Shown here: positions 19,525 through 29,758 of the stretch, piece after piece | Layout of the letters: the number at the start of each line of letters is the position of its first letter | How positions within the stretch are numbered: the first letter of the stretch is position 1 | Translations under genes and position numbers: made by a program | Assembly: GCA_027069285.1 (NCBI GenBank) | Contig: JALXEW010000273.1 | Coordinates: 1-37,571 of the forward strand | Source: Ardenticatenia bacterium | GTDB taxonomy: Bacteria; Chloroflexota; Anaerolineae; Aggregatilineales; JALXEW01 | Length of the DNA: 37,571 nt | Reading direction: 5' to 3' | Notes under the pieces: generated by a model | The model's input: only the letters and a program-made list of their open reading frames with translations | Databases searched by the model: none | Told to the model about the DNA's origin: nothing

Positions 19525-21537
19525 TCATCTCTGCTTCGAGAGGAGCAACTCCTCCACCTCTCGCGCCACACGCTCCGCCGTAAAGCCGAACTTCTCTGCC
19601 AGCACCTTATACGGCGCCGAGGCCCCGAACCTCTCCACCGTCACATAGCGCCCGTTATTTCCGCCATATCGGCACCATCCCTGCGATACCCCTGCCTCGA
19701 CCACCACGCGGGCGGTGACGGTTGGTGGCAGGACGGCGTCCTTGTAGTCTTGTGGCTGCTCCTCGAAAAGCTCCCAACTGGGCATACTGATCACACGGGT
19801 TCTGATCCCCTTTCGGGCCAGCTCGGACTGAGCTTCCAGGGCCAGGGCCACCTCTGAGCCGCTGGCGATGATCAGCGCCTGCGGCTCCCCCTCGCAGTCC
19901 GAGATCACATAAGCGCCTCGTGCCAACCCGGATGCCGGGGATAACTTCGACCTATCCAGGACCGGCACTCCCTGTCTGGTCAGCGCCAGCGCCACCGGGC
20001 CGGATGCCCGTAGTGCGGCCTTCCATGCCTCGACCGTTTCATTAGCGTCGGCTGGCCGGATCACGGTCAGACCTGGGATGGCGCGGAGCGCTGCCAGATG
20101 CTCGACCGGTTGGTGGGTGGGGCCGTCCTCGCCCACGAAGATGCTATCATGCGTGAAGACATAGATCACGTGCAGGTGCGCCAATGCCGCGATTCTGATC
20201 GAAGGTCGCATATAATCGGAAAAGACCATGAACGTGGCGCCGTATGGAATCAACCCGCCGTGGTAGGCCATCCCGTTCAAGATCGCGCCCATAGCGTGCT
20301 CACGCACCCCAAAGTGCAGATTGCGTCCGCCTGGGGTATGTGGCCCGAAGTCATCCTCACCGTTCATCAATGTCTTAGTCGAGGGCGCCAAATCTGCCGA
20401 CCCGCCGATCAGATTCGGGATACGCCCGGCCAGCGCGTTTATCGTCGCCCCGGAAGCCTTCCTCGTGGCGACGGAGGGAGCTTCTGATGGGGAGAATGTG
20501 GGCAGATCGGCGTCCCAATCCGGCGGCAACTCGCCGGCGAAGAAGCGCTCGAACTCGTCGGCCAGGCGCGGGTACTTCTCCCGGTAAGCCTCGAACCGCC
20601 TTTGCCAGTCGGATTCCGCCTGCTTCCCCTTCTCTATCGCCTGTCGGTAGAATGTCAGCACCTCGTCCGGCACGTAAAAAGGCGGCTCCAGCGGCCATCC
20701 GAGCTTCTTCTTAGTCAGCATCACCTCTTCCTCGCCCAATGGGGAGCCATGCACCTCAGGCGTATCGGCCTTATGGGGACTGCCGTATCCGATCGTGGTA
20801 CGGACTATGATCAGGGATGGGCGTGGATCGGCCTTTGCCGACCGGATCGCCGTGGCTATCGCTTCCACGTTATTCCCATCTTCAACCCGGCTCACATGCC
20901 AGCCATAAGCGGCAAACCTGGCGCCCACATCCTCGGTGAACGTCAGCCCCGTGCGGCCCTCGATAGTGATACGGTTATCGTCGTAGAGCACTATCAGCTT
21001 CCCCAGCTGCAAATGTCCGGCCAGGGATGCTGCCTCCGAGGCGACCCCTTCCATCATATCGCCGTCGCTGGCGAGCACGTAAGTATAATGGTCTACGATC
21101 TCATGTCCGGGCCGGTTGAAGTAAGCTGCCAAATATCGCTCGGCCATTGCCATACCGACCCCATTGCCCACCCCCTGGCCGAGCGGACCGGTAGTCGTCT
21201 CCACGCCGGGGGTTAAATGGCTTTCCGGGTGTCCGGGCGTCAGGCTTCCCCACTGGCGGAAGTTCTTGATCTCATCCAGCGGCAGGTCATACCCGGTCAG
21301 GTAAAGCAGGGCATAAAGCAGCATCGATCCGTGCCCGGCTGAAAGCACAAACCTATCGCGGTCGGGCCAATTGGGATTTGCGGGATTATGCTTAAGGAAT
21401 CTGCTCCAGATGGTATACGCCATCGGTGCGGCCCCAAGTGGCAATCCCGGATGTCCGGAATTTGCCTTCTGGATCGCCTCGATGGCCAGGACCCGTAATG
21501 CGTTAATCGCAGTTCGTTCCAACTTTTCGCGGTGCAT
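19525..21537 (-). CDS. tkt: Transketolase
   Basis: [34 protein letters not shown] (TPP motif), [23 protein letters not shown]. Confidence 0.98.
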   Translation of the reverse strand: MHREKLERTAINALRVLAIEAIQKANSGHPGLPLGAAPMAYTIWSRFLKHNPANPNWPDRDRFVLSAGHGSMLLYALLYLTGYDLPLDEIKNFRQWGSLTPGHPESHLTPGVETTTGPLGQGVGNGVGMAMAERYLAAYFNRPGHEIVDHYTYVLASDGDMMEGVASEAASLAGHLQLGKLIVLYDDNRITIEGRTGLTFTEDVGARFAAYGWHVSRVEDGNNVEAIATAIRSAKADPRPSLIIVRTTIGYGSPHKADTPEVHGSPLGEEEVMLTKKKLGWPLEPPFYVPDEVLTFYRQAIEKGKQAESDWQRRFEAYREKYPRLADEFERFFAGELPPDWDADLPTFSPSEAPSVATRKASGATINALAGRIPNLIGGSADLAPSTKTLMNGEDDFGPHTPGGRNLHFGVREHAMGAILNGMAYHGGLIPYGATFMVFSDYMRPSIRIAALAHLHVIYVFTHDSIFVGEDGPTHQPVEHLAALRAIPGLTVIRPADANETVEAWKAALRASGPVALALTRQGVPVLDRSKLSPASGLARGAYVISDCEGEPQALIIASGSEVALALEAQSELARKGIRTRVISMPSWELFEEQPQDYKDAVLPPTVTARVVVEAGVSQGWCRYGGNNGRYVTVERFGASAPYKVLAEKFGFTAERVAREVEELLLSKQR

Positions 21538-21570
21538 CGGCGATACTCCTATGACAGCATCCCTCGGTGA

Positions 21571-22620
21571 CTACTCCCCGGTACCCTCGGCGCCGGCCTC
21601 ATTAGCTCCCAGGCTTTCCAACAAGTTCCCGCCCCCGAAGCTCTCCAGACTTTGGAGATCGAACAGGAACGGTGAATCGGCTGGCAGGATTATCAGCCTC
21701 ACATTATCCGCCAGCAAATCCACGTAGCGGTACAAGATCAATTGTGGATTCTCCTGGAGCACCTCGTTGATCATACGGAGGGCCTCGGCTTCGGCCTCGG
21801 CGCGGATCAATGTGGCCTGGGCCTCGCCCTCGGCCTGGATTCTGGCGGCATCGGCCACGCCCTGAGCCGAGATCCTGGCGCGTTCGGCCTCATTACGGGC
21901 GCGTTCCGCCTCCTGCTCCGCGACCTGCTTGGCCTCGATTGCGGCCACGAATTCCTGGCTGAACGTGATATTACGCAGGATGACATCGATCAGCAGGAAC
22001 CCCTCATCCTCAAGGCGGGGTCGCAGCGTCTCCTCGATCTGATCCGGCAGCGAGCCGCGATTCTGATAGACTTCCTCGACCGACATCCCGGCTATCGCAT
22101 TCCTTATCTCCTCCCTGACGGCAGGCACCACCAGTCCGTCGACATAACCCTGTTGCCAGCGCTTATGTACCTCGTTAACCCTGGCGGGGTCTATGGCGAA
22201 TATCACCGTCGCGTCTATCGAGACCTGCTGGCCGTCGCGCGTCAGCGCCACCACGGCTGAGCGGCCCGGTATATTCGAGGCGGCCAGCATATCAACCGTC
22301 TGGCGGCTGGTTGAGTATATAGTGGGGGCGTCGATGAACGGGATCACCCAATGCAACCCCGGCCCCAGGGGCTGATCCAGCAGCGAATCGGCATCGCCCC
22401 CTAGTCTCCTGAAGACCACCGACACCTCATTTGGCTGCACCTCGATCAGCCCGGCATTAACGATCGTCAACAACGAACCGGACAGGACACCGGCGATTAT
22501 CAGCCCGAATGCCAGCTTGCGCGGCGCATTGGAGCGGCTTATTGCCATCGCCGTCATTATCACTCCCAGCACAGCCAGTCCCCAGCCCACCATCGCCATC
22601 ACACTTATCAGCTCGGTCAT
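21571..22620 (-). CDS. SPFH/band 7/prohibitin family membrane protein
   Basis: Two N-terminal TM helices, PGLHWVIPFI, LTRDGQQVSIDATV, AIEAKQVAEQEAERA coiled coil; SD AGGAGG. Confidence 0.92.
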   Translation of the reverse strand: MTELISVMAMVGWGLAVLGVIMTAMAISRSNAPRKLAFGLIIAGVLSGSLLTIVNAGLIEVQPNEVSVVFRRLGGDADSLLDQPLGPGLHWVIPFIDAPTIYSTSRQTVDMLAASNIPGRSAVVALTRDGQQVSIDATVIFAIDPARVNEVHKRWQQGYVDGLVVPAVREEIRNAIAGMSVEEVYQNRGSLPDQIEETLRPRLEDEGFLLIDVILRNITFSQEFVAAIEAKQVAEQEAERARNEAERARISAQGVADAARIQAEGEAQATLIRAEAEAEALRMINEVLQENPQLILYRYVDLLADNVRLIILPADSPFLFDLQSLESFGGGNLLESLGANEAGAEGTGE

Positions 22621-22753
22621 GGGTCTATACCTCCTGCGTGTTCGAGTTTATTGGGGATTATAGCCGACCTCGTCGCCTTATAGCGAGCGGAGCAGGGTGG
22701 GGCCGATGCCGGGACAAGCCCCCACGCCTGCACCGATTGGGCATCTTCCCGAT

Positions 22754-22782
22754 TTTACACGATATATCTCACCGGTTAAAAT
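22754..22782 (+). promoter_or_regulatory. Putative sigma70 promoter of the GNAT gene
   Basis: TTTACA (22754-22759) - 17 nt - TAAAAT (22777-22782), ending 10 nt before ATG 22793. Confidence 0.6.
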
Positions 22783-22792
22783 CAAAGGCGCT

Positions 22793-23341
22793 ATGGAAAA
22801 GAAACGGCAATGGTCTGTGAGAGAGGCCCTGGCATCCGATCTGCCTCAGTGCCAGGGACTCGATCACGCATACGAGACCGATTACGTATGGCAAATGGAA
22901 TTTCACGAGGAGAACGGGCGGATAAGCATAGCCTTTCGCACCGCCCGACTACCTCGTACCATGCGCGTGGTCTACCCCAGGGGGCCGGATACCCTGGAAG
23001 CAGTCTGGGAGCGCCATGATTGCTTCCTGGTAGCCGAGGATGATGGCCGCATACTCGGCTACCTGACCATGCGCGAGATAATCTCACGTTCCACCGCCTG
23101 GGTGGAGGACCTGGTAGTTGGGTCGGAGTGGAGACGCCGGGGAGTGGGGAGCGCCCTGCTTGCGGCAGCCGAGCGTTGGGCCTACGAGCGTGGCCTCCAG
23201 AGGATAACCCTGGAGACCCAGACCAAAAACTACCCGGCCATCTGCTTTTGTCAAAAACACGGCATGGTCTTTTGCGGCTACAATGACCGTTACTACCCCA
23301 ACCAGGACATCGCCGTCTTCTTCTGCCGGGAGCTGAGGTGA
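22793..23341 (+). CDS. GNAT family N-acetyltransferase (streptothricin-acetyltransferase-like subfamily)
   Basis: VEDLVVGSEWRRRGVGSALL (acetyl-CoA motif A), LETQTKNYPAICF. Start chosen downstream of the promoter. Confidence 0.88.
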   Translation: MEKKRQWSVREALASDLPQCQGLDHAYETDYVWQMEFHEENGRISIAFRTARLPRTMRVVYPRGPDTLEAVWERHDCFLVAEDDGRILGYLTMREIISRSTAWVEDLVVGSEWRRRGVGSALLAAAERWAYERGLQRITLETQTKNYPAICFCQKHGMVFCGYNDRYYPNQDIAVFFCRELR

Positions 23342-23364
23342 GCCGGATGTGCGGAGGTTAGGAG

Positions 23365-25362
23365 GTGTCTGCAGTAGCGATCAGGACGCTTGAGAGCCTG
23401 AACGAAACCCTCACAGCGGCCATAGTGATAATGGCGGCATCCATACTCCTGCACTTTCTCATTTACGGGCTACGCGAGATGGTTCCGCGTGCCGCCATAG
23501 TGCTATTAGGGCTGGTCACGATCTCATACGTTTGCGACGTTTTCCTCTCGATGGGGCCTTCCCCCGTCTCCGCTGCCGGATGGCTGAGATTCCAATGGAT
23601 TGGGATCGCATTAGTGCCGGCGGCCATGTTTCAACTTTCGGACGCATTGCTTGCCACCACCGGCCTGATCTCCAGATGGCGTCGTCGCACCGCCACCGTC
23701 ATCTTCTACATCATCGGCCTGACCCTGGCAGGTGCCGCCATCACATCGGATAACGTCGTACACGGCCTGGAAATGACCCCCGTCCCCCACATGAAGCCCG
23801 GCCCCTGGTTCCCGGCCTTCCTGCTCTACTTTGGGCTTGCGTTAGTGCTGGCGATGCACAACGTCCGGCGTGCCAGGCGCAGATGCCTCACCACCCCCAC
23901 CTACCGTCGGATGACATACCTGTTAGTCTCATTCCCCACCCCGGCACTGGGCCTGTTCCCATACTCCCTGCTTTTCACCGATCCCTCTCCGGGCAACACC
24001 ATACTATTCCTGCTCATGCTCAACGTGGGCAACCTGGGCATGGTGCTGATGCTGGCATTCATGGCATATCCGCTGGCGTTTTTCGGCACCACAGTACCGG
24101 ATCGTGTTCTCAAGGCCAGACTGCTGCAATTCATGTTGCGCGGACCGGTCATAGGCGTCATCGTCCTGGGAGTGATACTGCTATTGCCACAAGCCGGGAG
24201 AGTTCTGGGGCTACCGGGTGAGGAATTCATGCCTTTTGCAGCCGTCGGCGCCCTGTTGATTTGGGAATGGGCGGTCACATGGGCCTGGCCACATCTGGAG
24301 CGCCTGCTTATCTACACAGACGATCAGGAAGAGGCACGCCGCATACAAGAGCTAGGCCGCAGGCTACTGACCCGTGCCGACCTGGCCCAATTACTGGAAG
24401 CGATACTCGCATCAGTCTGCGATTACCTGCGGGCGCCTTCGGCGTTCGTACTTGGGGTCAACGGCGACGGTTTCAAATTGGAGCAATCGGTCGGGCGGCT
24501 GGAAATGAACGGTAACTGGACGGAAGCCCCGGAGCTGATCGCCCTTGCGAGGATCGACCCCGCAGAGGCGGACGCCCTGCCCGATGGGATAGAGCGCTAT
24601 GGTGACATATTCAGCTGGCAGGGGTATTGGCTTATCCGGCTCGAAGCCAGGCGTGGCCTCGAATCACGGTTAGTTGGCCTCATGGGCGTGCGTGCCAGGG
24701 CGCGGTACCCAGACCTGGAGTATGAGGAGTGGGAGATATTGAGAACCCTTGCCGATAGGGCCGCCGATGCCCTGGACGACAGGCGCCTGCAACAGGAGGT
24801 ATTCGCCTCCCTGGAGGGACTCCTGCCGGAGATCGAAGCCATCCAGAAATGGCGTGGTGAGGCCAGATACGGGCATTTCCCCTCCATATCACCGAACGGG
24901 CGGGCGCCCGAAAGCCCCGACTTCGTGACAATGGTCAAAGGGGCGCTCACCCACTACTGGGGCGGCCCCAGACTCAGCCAAAGCCCACTATTGCAACTGG
25001 AAATAGTCAGGCAGGCACTTGCCGAAAACGACAACAACCCCACCAGAGCGCTACGTGCAGTCCTGCACCGCGCCATAGAGAAGCTGCGGCCCGAAGGCGA
25101 ACGCAGCATGACCGCTGCCGAGTGGCTGCTTTACAACATACTCGACCTGCGATTCGTGCAGGGGCGCAAAGTCAAAGACGTCGCCCGGCGCCTGGCCATG
25201 AGCGAATCCGACCTGTATCGCAAACAGCGCGTTGCCGTCGAGGAAGTCGCCAGGGCAATTGCGGATATGGAACGAACGCTGACCGGCTCCGACGAGACCC
25301 TACGCCAACTGGCCGGCGCCTCGGCAGATGAAACCAATACCGGTAGGGATAATGCCGCATGA
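23365..25362 (+). CDS. Multi-pass membrane sensor (HisKA_7TM-like N-terminus, GAF-like middle) with a C-terminal helix-turn-helix
   Basis: About 8-9 TM helices, a GAF-like segment (LVGLMGV..ILRTLADRAADAL) and C-terminal ILDLRFVQGRKVKDVARRLAMSESDLYRKQR. No H-box or ATPase motifs. Confidence 0.75.
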   Translation: MSAVAIRTLESLNETLTAAIVIMAASILLHFLIYGLREMVPRAAIVLLGLVTISYVCDVFLSMGPSPVSAAGWLRFQWIGIALVPAAMFQLSDALLATTGLISRWRRRTATVIFYIIGLTLAGAAITSDNVVHGLEMTPVPHMKPGPWFPAFLLYFGLALVLAMHNVRRARRRCLTTPTYRRMTYLLVSFPTPALGLFPYSLLFTDPSPGNTILFLLMLNVGNLGMVLMLAFMAYPLAFFGTTVPDRVLKARLLQFMLRGPVIGVIVLGVILLLPQAGRVLGLPGEEFMPFAAVGALLIWEWAVTWAWPHLERLLIYTDDQEEARRIQELGRRLLTRADLAQLLEAILASVCDYLRAPSAFVLGVNGDGFKLEQSVGRLEMNGNWTEAPELIALARIDPAEADALPDGIERYGDIFSWQGYWLIRLEARRGLESRLVGLMGVRARARYPDLEYEEWEILRTLADRAADALDDRRLQQEVFASLEGLLPEIEAIQKWRGEARYGHFPSISPNGRAPESPDFVTMVKGALTHYWGGPRLSQSPLLQLEIVRQALAENDNNPTRALRAVLHRAIEKLRPEGERSMTAAEWLLYNILDLRFVQGRKVKDVARRLAMSESDLYRKQRVAVEEVARAIADMERTLTGSDETLRQLAGASADETNTGRDNAA

Positions 25363-25421
25363 CCGCCATACCTGCCTCCGGGTTACGGCGTCCGGTGGCT
25401 TCTTACGAGTCTCTGATACGG

Positions 25422-25455
25422 CGCTAATGTCTCGCTAATGCCGGTGCCATACACT
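25422..25455 (+). promoter_or_regulatory. Direct repeat CGCTAATG x2 (11-bp period) over the -35 region, plus -10 TACACT, upstream of clpB
   Basis: CGCTAATG at 25422-25429 and 25433-25440; TACACT at 25450-25455. Confidence 0.5.
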
Positions 25456-25490
25456 GCTTTGCGAGACAATCGAAAGCGAGAGGTGGTGTT

Positions 25491-28082
25491 ATGGATTTGA
25501 ATCGGTTCACGCACAAGGCACAGGAAGCAATACTGGCTGCCCAGTCGCTGGCCGTTGAATACAATCACAGCGAATTGGAGCCGGCGCACATCCTGCTGGC
25601 CCTGCTTCGCCAGTCGGATGGTGTTGTGCCGGAAGTGATCGCCAAGATCGGAGTGCGTCCGGCCAACGTGATCGCCGACCTGGAAGCAATGCTGGATAAC
25701 CGTCCGAAAGTATACGGGGCCACCGGACAGCCGGCGCTATCCCGCGCCGCGCTGGAAGTACTGACCCGTGCTGAAAAAGAAGCGAAGAAAATGCGCGATG
25801 AATACGTCAGCACCGAGCACATCCTGCTGGCGCTGACCGAAGATCGGACGGTAGGCGACTTCCTGGCCCGGCGTGGCATCACGCATGACGTTGTATTGCA
25901 GGCCCTGGCCGGCATTCGTGGCGGTCAGCGTGTCACCAGTCAAGACCCGGAGGCCACATACCAGGCTCTGGAAAAATACGGGCGTGACCTGACCCAATTG
26001 GCACGTCAGGGCAAACTCGACCCGGTTATCGGTCGAGATGAGGAAATACGGCGCGTCATCCAGGTGCTGAGCCGACGCACCAAAAACAACCCGGTCCTGA
26101 TCGGTGACGCCGGTGTCGGCAAGACCGCCATAGTTGAGGGCCTGGCGCAACGGATCGTGCGTGGCGATGTGCCGGAAGGCCTCAAAGACAAACGCATCGT
26201 GGCGCTCGATATGGGCGCACTGATCGCAGGTGCCAAATATCGCGGCGAATTCGAAGAGCGGTTGAAAGCCGTACTTAAAGAAGTGACCGACGCCGAGGGG
26301 GAGATAATACTATTCCTGGACGAATTACACACCATCGTCGGTGCCGGTGCTGCCGAAGGCGCTATGGACGCGGGCAACATGCTCAAACCGATGCTTGCCC
26401 GTGGGGAATTGCACGCCATCGGCGCCACCACACTTGACGAATACCGCAAATACATCGAAAAAGACGCGGCCCTGGAGCGTCGGTTCCAGCCGATCTACGT
26501 TGACGAACCGAGCGTCGAAGATACCATCAGCATCCTGCGCGGCCTGAAGGAGCGGTACGAAGTACACCACGGCGTCCGCATCCAGGACTCGGCAGTGATC
26601 GCGGCGGCGGTTCTAAGCCATCGCTACATCCCGGATCGCAAACTGCCGGATAAAGCGATCGACCTGATTGACGAGGCCGCCAGCCGCCTGCGCATGGAGA
26701 TCGACTCCAAGCCCGCCGAACTGGACGCGGTTGACCGTCAGATCATGCAGCTTGAGATCGAGCGCGAGGCCCTCCGCAAAGAGCGTGACAAGGCCTCGAA
26801 GGAGCGGCTGAAGCGCCTGGAGCAGGAACTTGCCGACCTGCGTGAGAAATCCAACGCGCTGCGGGCCAGGTGGGAAAAGGAAAAAGCCGCCATCCACGCG
26901 ATCCGCGAGACCAAAGCCAAGATCGAAGAGATCAAAACCCAGATCGAGCAGGCCGAACGTCGCGCCGACCTGGAAGAGGCAGCGAGACTGCGTTACGGCG
27001 CATTACCGGAGCTGGAAGAAAAACTCGTCGGCCTGGAAAAGCAACTGCGCGAGATACAAGGCGACGATCCGCTCCTGAAAGAGGAAGTGGATGCAGAAGA
27101 GATCGCATTGGTAGTCTCCCGGTGGACGGGTATACCCGTCAGCAAACTGCTGGAAGGCGAACGGGAGAAACTGCTCAGGATGGAAGAGAGGCTGCATCAG
27201 CGCGTGGTCGGCCAGGACGACGCCATCCGCGCCGTCTCCAACGCAGTACGGCGTGCGCGTGCCGGCCTGCAAGACCCGAATCGGCCCATCGGTACCTTCA
27301 TGTTCCTGGGGCCGACCGGAGTCGGTAAGACAGAACTGGCCCGCGCGCTGGCCGAATTCCTCTTTGACGACGAGAACGCAATGGTTCGCATTGACATGAG
27401 CGAATATCAGGAGCGGCATACCGTCTCGCGCCTGATCGGTGCTCCGCCCGGCTACGTAGGCTACGAAGAGGGCGGCCAACTCACCGAGGCAGTGCGTCGC
27501 AGGCCGTATTCGGTCGTCCTCTTTGACGAGATCGAAAAGGCGCACCCAGAAGTCTTCAACACACTACTGCAACTGCTCGATGAGGGCCGCCTGACCGATG
27601 GGCACGGGCGAACGGTGGACTTCAAGAACACGGTCATCATTATGACGTCCAACATCGGCAGTCACATCATCAAAGAAATGGGCGATACCGAAGAGGCAAG
27701 GCGTCTGGTGATGCGGGAACTGGATAAGCACTTCCGGCCCGAATTCCTGAACCGTGTGGACGAGATCATAATCTTCCACAGCCTGACCAGGGAACACCTG
27801 AAGCAGATCGTGGACATCCAGCTACGGCGTCTGAAGGAACTACTGGCCGAGCGCGACCTGACAATCGAGCTGACCGACGCGGCGAAGGAATTCCTGGCCG
27901 AGCGAGGATACGACCCGGTATTCGGCGCCAGGCCGCTGAAACGGGCGATCCAGCGCGAATTGCAAGACCCATTAGCCCTGGCCTTGCTGGAAGGGCGGTT
28001 TGTGGATGGCGATCACATCCTGGTGGACGTGGAAGGCGATCACCTGGTATTCACCAAAGCAGCCGAACCTGTAGCTGCGTGA
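25491..28082 (+). CDS. clpB: ATP-dependent disaggregase ClpB
   Basis: Two AAA modules (GDAGVGKT; GPTGVGKT), a long middle coiled coil, [16 protein letters not shown], 863 aa. Confidence 0.98.
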   Translation: MDLNRFTHKAQEAILAAQSLAVEYNHSELEPAHILLALLRQSDGVVPEVIAKIGVRPANVIADLEAMLDNRPKVYGATGQPALSRAALEVLTRAEKEAKKMRDEYVSTEHILLALTEDRTVGDFLARRGITHDVVLQALAGIRGGQRVTSQDPEATYQALEKYGRDLTQLARQGKLDPVIGRDEEIRRVIQVLSRRTKNNPVLIGDAGVGKTAIVEGLAQRIVRGDVPEGLKDKRIVALDMGALIAGAKYRGEFEERLKAVLKEVTDAEGEIILFLDELHTIVGAGAAEGAMDAGNMLKPMLARGELHAIGATTLDEYRKYIEKDAALERRFQPIYVDEPSVEDTISILRGLKERYEVHHGVRIQDSAVIAAAVLSHRYIPDRKLPDKAIDLIDEAASRLRMEIDSKPAELDAVDRQIMQLEIEREALRKERDKASKERLKRLEQELADLREKSNALRARWEKEKAAIHAIRETKAKIEEIKTQIEQAERRADLEEAARLRYGALPELEEKLVGLEKQLREIQGDDPLLKEEVDAEEIALVVSRWTGIPVSKLLEGEREKLLRMEERLHQRVVGQDDAIRAVSNAVRRARAGLQDPNRPIGTFMFLGPTGVGKTELARALAEFLFDDENAMVRIDMSEYQERHTVSRLIGAPPGYVGYEEGGQLTEAVRRRPYSVVLFDEIEKAHPEVFNTLLQLLDEGRLTDGHGRTVDFKNTVIIMTSNIGSHIIKEMGDTEEARRLVMRELDKHFRPEFLNRVDEIIIFHSLTREHLKQIVDIQLRRLKELLAERDLTIELTDAAKEFLAERGYDPVFGARPLKRAIQRELQDPLALALLEGRFVDGDHILVDVEGDHLVFTKAAEPVAA

Positions 28083-28089
28083 TGATCAC

Positions 28090-28130
28090 GGGGCGACCCG
28101 GTACGATCCGCATAGTAACCGGGCCGCCCC
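28090..28130. repeat. Intercistronic hairpin after clpB (GGGGCG..CGCCCC, REP-like)
   Basis: GGGGCGACCCGGT...ACCGGGCCGCCCC, without a U-tract. Confidence 0.5.
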
Positions 28131-28149
28131 AGATCGAAAGGATGAGGAC

Positions 28150-28848
28150 ATGATCCCGATAACCGATACCGTCAGAGCACGGCGCCCGGCTGTGATGACA
28201 TGGACAATAATCGCGATCAACGTGCTGATCTTCCTCAACGAAACACTCATGGGGCGACGTACCCTCATGCGCTTCACATACCACTACGGCCTGGTGCCGG
28301 CTCACTTCTGGTCGGACCCCACCTTATGGCGATGGGTTCCGGTTTTCACCTCGATGTTCATACACGGCGGATGGGCGCACATAATCTCCAACATGCTGGC
28401 GCTCTACATATTCGGCGATAACGTCGAAGACCGCATGGGGCCATTCCGATTCCTGGTGTTTTACCTGCTATCGGGCTTCATCGCGGCGATGGCGCACCTG
28501 TGGTTTTATCCGGATTCGACCGTGCCGACCGTCGGCGCAAGTGGCGCCATAGCCGGCGTCCTCGGCGCCTACCTGGTGCTATACCCGACCGCCAGCGTGA
28601 TCACAATGATCCCGGTGTTCTTCTTCTGGCCCCTGTTTATAGACATTCCGGCCCTGATCTACCTGGGTTTCTGGTTCGTATCGCAACTACTCAACGGCGT
28701 CCTGGCCCTCTCGGTCAGGACCTTTCAGAGCGGGGGAGTGGCATGGTGGGCGCATATCGGCGGATTCATAGCCGGGATAGCGCTGGTATGGCTTTTCATA
28801 GAGCGCCCGCGTCGCCGATTCTACCCGGACGAATACTTCCCGTGGTGA
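28150..28848 (+). CDS. Rhomboid family intramembrane serine protease
   Basis: FTSMFIHGGWAHIISNM, FGDNVEDRMG, GASGAIAG (Ser), AWWAHIGGF (His). Confidence 0.95.
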   Translation: MIPITDTVRARRPAVMTWTIIAINVLIFLNETLMGRRTLMRFTYHYGLVPAHFWSDPTLWRWVPVFTSMFIHGGWAHIISNMLALYIFGDNVEDRMGPFRFLVFYLLSGFIAAMAHLWFYPDSTVPTVGASGAIAGVLGAYLVLYPTASVITMIPVFFFWPLFIDIPALIYLGFWFVSQLLNGVLALSVRTFQSGGVAWWAHIGGFIAGIALVWLFIERPRRRFYPDEYFPW

Positions 28849-28879
28849 TGAATAACCACCGACTACATGGAGAGGGAAA

Positions 28880-29728
28880 ATGGGAATCTTCGACCTATTC
28901 TGGCTGTTCTTCATGGTAACCAGCGTATGGCCCGCGATCCGGCAGAAAATGCTGGAGGCCGAGCGCCTGCGTCTGATACACGACATCGAAAAGAAGCGCA
29001 ACAGCCGCGTGATCGTAATGATCCATCGTCAGGAGACTATGGCCCTGCTTGGGTTCCCGATCTTTCGTTACATCAACATAGAAGATAGCGAGGAAGTCCT
29101 CAGGGCCATCAAAATGACGGATGATAGCATCCCCATAGACCTGATCATCCACACGCCCGGCGGGTTGGTGCTGGCTGCGGAGCAAATAGCTCATGCGCTA
29201 TGTCGCCATCCTTCCAAAGTGACCGTCTTCGTCCCGCACTACGCCATGTCCGGCGGCACCCTGATCGCGTTAGCTGCCGACGAGATCATACTGGACGAGA
29301 ACGCCGTCCTGGGGCCGGTTGACCCGCAGCTAAGCGACATGCCCGCAGCATCCATCCTGAAAGTAGTCGAGCGCAAGCCGATAGAGGAGATCGACGACCG
29401 TACACTCGTCCTGGCGGATATAGCCGAAAAAGCCATCCGACAGGTGCGGGATACCGTCAAAGACATACTGATGCATCGGGGCAAAATGTCGGAAGATAAA
29501 GCCGACGAACTGGCCGAGAAATTCTCCACCGGCACCTGGACGCACGATTACCCGATCACCGTCGAGGAAGCAAGGGAACTGGGACTGCCGGTCAGCACCG
29601 AGATGCCGGAAGAAGTCTACAAACTGATGAACCTTTACCGCCAACCGGCCCAAAAGCGCCCCTCCGTCCAATACATCCCCATACCGTACCTGCCGGACGA
29701 GAAAGGGAAACGCATCAACAACAGGTGA
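28880..29728 (+). CDS. SDH_sah / ClpP-class (S49-like) serine protease with N-terminal membrane anchor
   Basis: IHRQETMALLG, HTPGGLVLAA, PHYAMSGGTLIALAADEI, LGPVDPQ, WTHDYPIT. Confidence 0.9.
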   Translation: MGIFDLFWLFFMVTSVWPAIRQKMLEAERLRLIHDIEKKRNSRVIVMIHRQETMALLGFPIFRYINIEDSEEVLRAIKMTDDSIPIDLIIHTPGGLVLAAEQIAHALCRHPSKVTVFVPHYAMSGGTLIALAADEIILDENAVLGPVDPQLSDMPAASILKVVERKPIEEIDDRTLVLADIAEKAIRQVRDTVKDILMHRGKMSEDKADELAEKFSTGTWTHDYPITVEEARELGLPVSTEMPEEVYKLMNLYRQPAQKRPSVQYIPIPYLPDEKGKRINNR

Positions 29729-29734
29729 GACATC

Positions 29735-29758
29735 GGGGGCGTCGGCACCGGCGCCCCC
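29735..29758. terminator. Hairpin between convergent genes
   Basis: GGGGGCGTCGG-CA-CCGGCGCCCCC lies directly between two stop codons. Confidence 0.55.

Noticed and set aside
25403-25428. CIRCE-like element upstream of clpB
   Set aside because: Only the terminal TTA/GCTAA matches; there are too many mismatches to TTAGCACTC-N9-GAGTGCTAA.
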